Positions 55,001-60,237 of a stretch of 60,237 bases of DNA are shown here, one piece after another. The stretch covers positions 1 to 60,237 of the IMG/VR virus record IMGVR_UViG_3300045110_000134; one strand, 5' to 3'. The first letter of the stretch is position 1; the number at the start of each line of letters is the position of its first letter. A program made the translations under genes and the position numbers. This stretch comes from a virus (taxonomy: Duplodnaviria > Caudoviricetes). A model generated the notes under the pieces. It was not told the DNA's origin, searched no databases, and saw nothing but the letters and a program-made list of their open reading frames with translations.

Positions 55001-58000
55001 TTCCACATCCACTGCGATTGCTAACCCGGAACTAGCGTTCCATCTTTACCAGTTCAAGTGGACTGCTTCCTCGGCGGCGTTCTCGATTGATGGAACGCCG
55101 GCTTCCACGATCACCACGAATATCCCTACCGCCAACGGCAACCCTATGATGAATTTGTGGGGAACGAACAACGCAGGATTCGGTGGTGCGGCTACGGTAG
55201 GGACACGGTGGATGTTTGTAAAGGCGTTCTCTTTCTCGCCGGCAGGGGTCTCAAGTCTGGCGCCTGGTGCATCCTGCGCGATTCCGGTTTATTTCAGCCC
55301 GCAATCCACGGGAACCAAATCAGCCATTCTTTCGGTAGCGGACAGTGCATCGGGGAGCCCGCACCAGGCCTCCTTGAGCGGCAACGGAACCGCTGCGAGT
55401 CCCAGCCTCTCTCCCACGAGCCATGACTACGGGAACCAGCCCGTAGGGTCCGCGACGACTCCATTTAACTTCCAGTGGTCAAATACCGGCACCGGCCCGA
55501 TGCCCTGGTCGGTTTCCCTGACGGGCGCGAACCCTGCAGACTTCATTCTTGGGGCAAACAGCATTCCGAATCCGCTTCCCGCAGGACAGAGCGGACTTCT
55601 CCCGGTGTCCTTCAAGCCGACGACCTCCGGAGCTCGCGCCGCCACCTTAAATCTCGCCACGGGAGCGGGTGGCGCTGCGACCGCGGGACCATGCAACCTG
55701 AATGCGACGACTGCGACGTTCGCGGCCCAGTTAGCGGCAGCGACTCCTGGACAGGTGCTCTGCTTGGCGACTGGGAATTACGGTTCGTTCGCTGGTGTTG
55801 CCAAGGCGAGCCCAGGCGTGACCATTGCCGCACAATCTGGCGCAACTCCGACGATGTTCATTGCGATTCACCAACTTGTCCCCGTTGCTGCCTTTCTAAC
55901 ATTCGACGGGATTACCTTCAGCGGTGGGGATCTGTCTGGGCCGGCGCATGACCTAACCTTCCGAAACAGCCGCTTTAGCGACAAACTGAACGTCTACGCA
56001 GGGGCCAACAACAACGCTTGCTCTAACTGTCCCGCGATGAACAACAACAACATCGTGTTCGATAACGACCTGTTCGATATGTCGGCAAACCAGAGCGGCG
56101 CAGGAGGATTTGAAGGACGATTCAACATCCTTGGCAACACTCTGCCTGCTGGCGTGACCGTCAGAAATTCTAAATTCACGACGGGTTGTGCGGACGGCAT
56201 CCAGTCGGTCGGTGGTGGTGGTAATGGCTACACGATTGGTCCGGGGAACGAATTCTTCAATCTCAAGCAAGGAAGCTGCGGACCACACGTAGACTCGATT
56301 CAATTCGTTGGAAGTTCATCCCCAGGCCCGGTCATTACTGGTAATTATTTCCACGATGATTCGGATGGCATCGTCGCCTTCGATAACGCGAATTCTGCCA
56401 CGATCACCAGCAACGTGATTGCGAACGTGGATCAGTTCGCAATCCTGCTCGCGGGCTTCGATAGTGTGTCTGTGGTATCGAACAACACGGTTCCAAACGG
56501 GGACATCTTCTGCGGATACACGCATCAAGGCAATGCCTGTCAAGCGCAGATTAGAAACAACATTACGGGAGACTTCAATCAAGGCGGGACTACGATTGCG
56601 GGGTCTACCGGCACAAACCCGAGTTTCTTCGACTACAACCTTTGCACGTCTAGTTGCGCTATCCCTGGCGCGTTGCCTACTCCGATTTCAGCAGGCGCTC
56701 ACAGTCTGAGCGGCACCGCCACATTCGTAGGAGGAGCGAGCCCGACCACGTATGCCGGGTATCTACTGACCTCTGGGTCAATCGGACACAACGCCGGCAG
56801 CGACGGCAAGGATATGGGGATTGCACCGAATCAAGGTGGAACCCTGAGTACAGCCAGTTTGACGGGTACGGGAGTAGTCACGGCGCCGGCCGTCTGTCTG
56901 AGCACGACCAGCGTTGATTTTGGAAATCAGCCTGTCAATTCAACTTCTAATGCCACGCCGATTGTGGTAACCAACTGCGGTACGGCTGCTTTGACGAGCG
57001 TGGTAGTTACTCCCACGGGAAACTTTACCCAGACAAATGACTTCAGTGTGAGCGTAGCGGTTGGGGGACATTTCACGATTCAGGGCAAGTTTGCTCCTCT
57101 GTCCGCGGGCGCCCTAACTGGGAACTTCTCGATCGCGTCGAACGCGGCGTCGAGTCCGAATGTAGTAAGCCTGAAAGGATTCGGGACACAGAGCGGGGCT
57201 ACGATCAGTCCAGGGTCAATCTCTTTTGGTCACATCACAGTAGGACAGCAATCTTCACCGACGCAGGTAACGGTCACCAACACCAGCAATATCACGCTCC
57301 CTGTCAGTGCGACGACGATTACTGGGACGGGTGCTACGCAGTTCGTCTCGGGCAGTTGTCCTGCAAATCTCGCTGCAGGCGGGTCCTGCCAGTATTCGGT
57401 TGTCTTCGCGCCACAGGGAGCACTCGCGTTCACGGCAACACTCAATCAGGCTTTCGGGAATGGAGTTGCAACCCAGACCATACCCTTGAGCGGGACTGGG
57501 GACGCTCCGGTTCCAACGCTCTCGCTTACGCCATCATCCCTGGATTACGGGAATGTCCAGCAGGGCACTCCGTCACAGGTGAAGACGATCACCCTACTAA
57601 ACACAAGCCTAACGTCGCTCACCCTCACGTCCGTGCTTCCGACCGGCGCGAATGCGGCCGACGTAGCGGTAACGAGTCACTGCGGCGCGACTCCGGTGAC
57701 GATCGCAGCCGGCACGCAATGTACGGTGGACGTAACGGTGACTCCCAGCACCACGTCCGCGGAGACCGCAGCGGTGACGTTCACATCGAATGCAGCCAGT
57801 AGTCCGGACAGTGTAGGTATCACAGTGACAGGTACAGCGGTCCCTGTCCCGCGGGTGCTCTTGAGTCCTTCAAGCCTTTCATTCTCTCCGCCAAGCATTC
57901 AAACAACGACCGTTTCGGCGGCGCAGGATGTGGTGGCCAACAATATCGGGAACGCGAACCTGCTGGTATCGAATGTGGCTCTCGCGGGGGCGAACCAGGC

Positions 58001-58613
58001 CGACTTTAGCTTGACCACAAACTGCGGGACGGTAACTCCGGGGAGCAACTGCAAGGCGACGGTGAATTGCACTCCCTTGCTGGGTCACATCGGATCACTC
58101 ACGGCCTCGGTGGTCTTCACTGACAACGCAGCCGGCAGCCCTCGCAGTGCTGCACTGACTTGTACAGCGTTCGATGGCCAGCCAATCATCACGCTCGGCA
58201 TCTCAAAGATTGATTTTGGGAATCAGACGGTTGGGACAACCAGCAACCCGCTGACATTCATCGTCTCCAATACGGGACAGGCCACAGCTTCAGGGCTGGC
58301 TATCACGACCTCGGGAGACTTTGCGGTAAGCGGAGCATGTGGGGCAACGCTGGCAGCCGGCGCGAACTGCTCCGAACAGGTAACCTTCACTCCACTGATT
58401 CTTTGTGGCCAGTTCGATCCAAACAATCCGGCGACCTGCATCAGCAACGTGCATCTCGGGCAGATTTCCGTGGTCTCGAACACGTCGAACAGTCCGCAGA
58501 TAATCACGCTGCAAGGTACAGCGGTTCCAGTTCCGCCTCCACCTGGGCCAGTGAAAGTCACAATGGGCGGCGTCCTGCACTTAGGTGGTCATCTTGTAGC
58601 GGGGGTTCAATAA
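52092..58613 (+). CDS. Giant exported adhesin/depolymerase: two beta-helices, GH16-like domain, many choice-of-anchor-D Ig repeats
   Basis: MIQRAILAAALLASPLSA|Q; FVSPTGS...APC.TI..A; repeated SP.SL.FG...TNTG...C...L..G..C...F.P; EIDSPE motif at 54921-54938. Confidence 0.85.
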   Translation: MIQRAILAAALLASPLSAQLFVSPTGSSTSNCTSAAPCTIARADVVATPGVTINVAPGNYTGGIVTHTAGTANSRIVWLSTTKWGAKLVGVGSQFGVWAVWGSFVDINGFDMTTNGSFGTCLGIIGLQQTPSPAVGVHIIGNNCHDIENNPATSGTCVPTGAFSDGTGGSDDWFIGNVIRHAGWPDPTTGSHCIDVHGIYTTGVRQVLENNVISGVSGWGIQMRNSGDLTSGYCCNVISGNTIFNNNGGIVIDETGNTARAVLDFVTMSNNVVVNNGPGSGLGGSGTWGVNYFHLTGKNWVVNNNLIYGNKGPGGIAGDQAHHGQLCGQNASGGTPVVGVAITGTDGNGDAGGCPQNLPRTDSGGATATFINFQTDTNTAPAASYDVNNYKLNGSTPTRAIQGGASPTSCAIPPGLTPCAPPVDFAGTVRTLPYDIGAWAFTSGGVPIVNFSPSPLNFGTIPVSTSQALTATLANTGAAVLNITASTIAGTNQADYKITSKTCGATLGAGSNCTFLITFTPSAAGVRSASLTLTTNAAGSPQQLPLTGTGGTVGVTFNPTSLTFGVTAPGSCSANQTYTVSSTGTTALALNGATFTGANSGEFAFGGTGTCNQPGSVPPGGSCTISIKFCPASGGSKSATVSQSTNAPGSPQLEPLSGTGGTSTATLLPATFAYGNVQVGTSLSHNFVFTNTGTLTLTGISVSITGATGSYTQTNNCPASLAPAGNCTIAAVFKPATGGLLNASLNVASSAVPSPTTAALSGTGTVPATISLSPASVPFVDTLVGNFSAVTNVVATNTGASTVNISGVSVVGTNPGDFTAGECASTFTGFTDNFNTGTLSSSWQKDSGTAPQNGATNVASFSTANVDLTNGMLGLKLTQSIVGGVATSVGAEVRSTTAFGFGTYRWSTRMGSTATSPLTTGTVPTGQVSSNFILNSSTANPYTEIDSPEVTGNQPNLAQWTTWTTTSLNTSTSTAIANPELAFHLYQFKWTASSAAFSIDGTPASTITTNIPTANGNPMMNLWGTNNAGFGGAATVGTRWMFVKAFSFSPAGVSSLAPGASCAIPVYFSPQSTGTKSAILSVADSASGSPHQASLSGNGTAASPSLSPTSHDYGNQPVGSATTPFNFQWSNTGTGPMPWSVSLTGANPADFILGANSIPNPLPAGQSGLLPVSFKPTTSGARAATLNLATGAGGAATAGPCNLNATTATFAAQLAAATPGQVLCLATGNYGSFAGVAKASPGVTIAAQSGATPTMFIAIHQLVPVAAFLTFDGITFSGGDLSGPAHDLTFRNSRFSDKLNVYAGANNNACSNCPAMNNNNIVFDNDLFDMSANQSGAGGFEGRFNILGNTLPAGVTVRNSKFTTGCADGIQSVGGGGNGYTIGPGNEFFNLKQGSCGPHVDSIQFVGSSSPGPVITGNYFHDDSDGIVAFDNANSATITSNVIANVDQFAILLAGFDSVSVVSNNTVPNGDIFCGYTHQGNACQAQIRNNITGDFNQGGTTIAGSTGTNPSFFDYNLCTSSCAIPGALPTPISAGAHSLSGTATFVGGASPTTYAGYLLTSGSIGHNAGSDGKDMGIAPNQGGTLSTASLTGTGVVTAPAVCLSTTSVDFGNQPVNSTSNATPIVVTNCGTAALTSVVVTPTGNFTQTNDFSVSVAVGGHFTIQGKFAPLSAGALTGNFSIASNAASSPNVVSLKGFGTQSGATISPGSISFGHITVGQQSSPTQVTVTNTSNITLPVSATTITGTGATQFVSGSCPANLAAGGSCQYSVVFAPQGALAFTATLNQAFGNGVATQTIPLSGTGDAPVPTLSLTPSSLDYGNVQQGTPSQVKTITLLNTSLTSLTLTSVLPTGANAADVAVTSHCGATPVTIAAGTQCTVDVTVTPSTTSAETAAVTFTSNAASSPDSVGITVTGTAVPVPRVLLSPSSLSFSPPSIQTTTVSAAQDVVANNIGNANLLVSNVALAGANQADFSLTTNCGTVTPGSNCKATVNCTPLLGHIGSLTASVVFTDNAAGSPRSAALTCTAFDGQPIITLGISKIDFGNQTVGTTSNPLTFIVSNTGQATASGLAITTSGDFAVSGACGATLAAGANCSEQVTFTPLILCGQFDPNNPATCISNVHLGQISVVSNTSNSPQIITLQGTAVPVPPPPGPVKVTMGGVLHLGGHLVAGVQ

Positions 58614-59110
58614 TGGACATCAAGGTTGGGGCGCTATGGCTGAATCCAACGTTTTTACTGTTCTGCATGTTCTACCTCGGAGTGTTCCTGCGCTTCTTCG
58701 TGCGCTCAGTAAAGGCTGTACGCAGTCCCTTACGTAGTTACCCTACCCGCTTCTCCTTTTTCAAAACCAACTGGGACATCTTTTTAATCCGGACTGTGCT
58801 GTTCAATACACCTTTGTTTGTGTTGTGGCTTTATCATCCTGACCTGGCGGTAAAGGGCCTGCTGTGGATGCATGTCCCGGAGGGGATTGCGACGTGGGTG
58901 ATTGTTCCGCCGACCATCCTTTCGGCCGGTGGATTCGGGACGGTCGTAGACCTGGCGATTGACCAGGTACAAATCAGGATCGCCACGAACCCGCCTACGT
59001 GGTTACCTGACCAGCTGAAGGGAGAAATTCCTTCCTACGATGCCAGCGCGGTTGACATCAGCAAGATGGCGGATAAACGTGTAGAAGCACCCCAAAAAGG
59101 AGACGACTAA
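58613..59110 (+). CDS. Multi-pass membrane protein (lysis cassette)
   Basis: TAATG coupling at 58613; several hydrophobic segments. Confidence 0.65.
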   Translation: MDIKVGALWLNPTFLLFCMFYLGVFLRFFVRSVKAVRSPLRSYPTRFSFFKTNWDIFLIRTVLFNTPLFVLWLYHPDLAVKGLLWMHVPEGIATWVIVPPTILSAGGFGTVVDLAIDQVQIRIATNPPTWLPDQLKGEIPSYDASAVDISKMADKRVEAPQKGDD

Positions 59111-59338
59111 ATGATCTACCTACTGGCTGATTCTCTCGGAGCGTTCAACTTCTTCCACTTTATTTTTGGGTTCATTCTTGTTTGTTGCGCTATTGCCATC
59201 GTCATCATCCTGGTGAAATGGCTGGCGGGGCTGGCAGGGGTAACAATTCCTCCTCCCCTCATGCTGGTTGGAGGCATCTTAATGTTCGTGCTCCTGCTCA
59301 TGCTTTTATTGAATTACTCAGGTTTACGCATTTGGTAG
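59111..59338 (+). CDS. Two-TM holin-like protein
   Basis: AGGAG RBS; two long hydrophobic helices split by IPPP. Confidence 0.6.
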   Translation: MIYLLADSLGAFNFFHFIFGFILVCCAIAIVIILVKWLAGLAGVTIPPPLMLVGGILMFVLLLMLLLNYSGLRIW

Positions 59339-59359
59339 TCTGGAAAAGAGGATTTTGAT

Positions 59360-59587
59360 GTGGTGGAAGTATCTAACGGGGAGTTTAACGAGTGGTTACG
59401 TCTTGCAATTGCTGGGCTCGCTGTTATTGCTTGGTATCTGTTTAGACGTGCTGTGGCACAACTGGATGAGGACCAAAAGGAGACGGCGAGAGAAGTTACA
59501 AAACTTAGAGATCTTGTCATGCAACTACTTACCCGAGATCGACTCCGCCGTCTTGCAGACTACGAGAGAGACGAGCGGGACCAATAA
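59360..59587 (+). CDS. One-TM plus coiled-coil protein (holin/antiholin-like)
   Basis: WLRLAIAGLAVIAWYLFRR followed by a charged coil; directly before the endolysin. Confidence 0.6.
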   Translation: MVEVSNGEFNEWLRLAIAGLAVIAWYLFRRAVAQLDEDQKETAREVTKLRDLVMQLLTRDRLRRLADYERDERDQ

Positions 59588-59609
59588 GAAAGGGCTCCTG
59601 CACTAGAAA

Positions 59610-60098
59610 ATGGACGCTATTTCGGAGGCAAGGCTGCGAGAAGTTCATCCCCAACTCGCAAGAAAGATAAGACAAATGGCCGACGTTGTTGCTCTCGATC
59701 GGCCTCCTGTAACTCTGCGGGTGACGCAGGGACTCCGGACTTGGATGGAGCAAGAACGGCTTTTCGCCCAAGGCCGCAGCGCACCTGGAAAAATAGTGAC
59801 CAATGCCGAACCTGGGCATAGCTGGCATCAATTCGGGCTTGCAGTTGACGTAGTTCCACTCGGTCTTGACGGTCAGCCTGACTGGAATACAGAACATCCC
59901 ATATGGCGGCGGCTAGTTGCCGTTGGGACTGGCCTAGGGCTTGTAGAAGGCGCCCAATTTCGTTCATTTCCGGACTACCCCCATTTCCAGTTAACGGGTA
60001 AACTCCCTGTGTCCCCTGATATTGAAGTTAGAGAGTCATTCGGTCAATCAGGTATCCAAGGTATCTGGAAAGAAACTGGTTTGGAGGAGAGCGCATGA
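59610..60098 (+). CDS. Endolysin, M15 family (L-Ala-D-Glu peptidase-like)
   Basis: VTQGLRT..EQ..LFAQGR..PG.IVTNA..G.SWHQFGLAVD...DYPHFQ. Confidence 0.92.
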   Translation: MDAISEARLREVHPQLARKIRQMADVVALDRPPVTLRVTQGLRTWMEQERLFAQGRSAPGKIVTNAEPGHSWHQFGLAVDVVPLGLDGQPDWNTEHPIWRRLVAVGTGLGLVEGAQFRSFPDYPHFQLTGKLPVSPDIEVRESFGQSGIQGIWKETGLEESA

Positions 60099-60237
60099 GT
60101 TTTATAGGTTTTCTGAAAACAGTAGGACGTGATTTCAAGAAGGGTCTGAACTTTATCCTTCCGTGGGCAGAAGGCGCTGGCGAAGTAGCGGTGCGCCTCT
60201 TTGCTCCTAGCCTTGGGCCGTTGTTTAACTCAACCGT
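60095..60237 (+). CDS. 5' part of the junction-spanning protein (continues to 365)
   Basis: GGAGGAG RBS; ATGA overlap with the endolysin stop. Confidence 0.75.
   Translation, partial: MSFIGFLKTVGRDFKKGLNFILPWAEGAGEVAVRLFAPSLGPLFNST
60111..60237. repeat. Terminal direct repeat, copy 2
   Basis: Identical to 1-127. Confidence 0.97.

Noticed and set aside
47054-58613. Diversity-generating retroelement or invertible tail-fibre cassette
   Set aside because: No reverse transcriptase or invertase recognised, and no near-identical template/variable repeat pair seen by eye
60111-60237. 127-bp terminal repeat as a biological DTR
   Set aside because: The length matches a common assembler k-mer and it falls inside a coding sequence; best read as a circular assembly overlap
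1-60237. Alternative genetic code or stop-codon reassignment
   Set aside because: Core genes are full length in the standard code and all three stop codons end genes normally

Overview
This window is a complete, circularly assembled dsDNA tailed-phage genome of about 60,110 bp; bases 60111-60237 repeat bases 1-127. The architecture is podovirus-like: terminase, portal, scaffold, capsid, adaptor/ring proteins, nozzle and three ejection-like proteins, with no recognisable tape measure, sheath, integrase, DNA polymerase or helicase. The host is inferred to be Acidobacteriota from choice-of-anchor-D Ig repeats and an MSxAARxRIAxAQRKRW protein. Layout: a rightward arm from about 32 kb through the junction to 12.5 kb (small accessory genes, packaging, head, fibres, lysis, tail, ejection); a leftward arm at 12.4-23.3 kb (sugar-modification cassette, Bet/exonuclease); a short rightward replication block at 23.6-26.5 kb; and a leftward accessory arm at 26.5-31.4 kb. 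The most striking observation is five consecutive, tightly coupled fibre/adhesin genes (47054-58613) that all begin with Sec-type signal peptides and carry paired cysteines; one has a tailspike head-binding-like domain. This suggests virion appendages that are exported, folded outside the cytoplasm and attached later. Other highlights are a three-glycosyltransferase amino-sugar cassette, a nozzle gene apparently split by a docking module, two structured non-coding regions sharing a motif, a DnaA-box origin next to an initiator lacking an obvious DNA-binding domain, and an Acb2/Tad1-like gene beside a RyR-domain gene. All family assignments come from motif recognition by eye; no database search was run.
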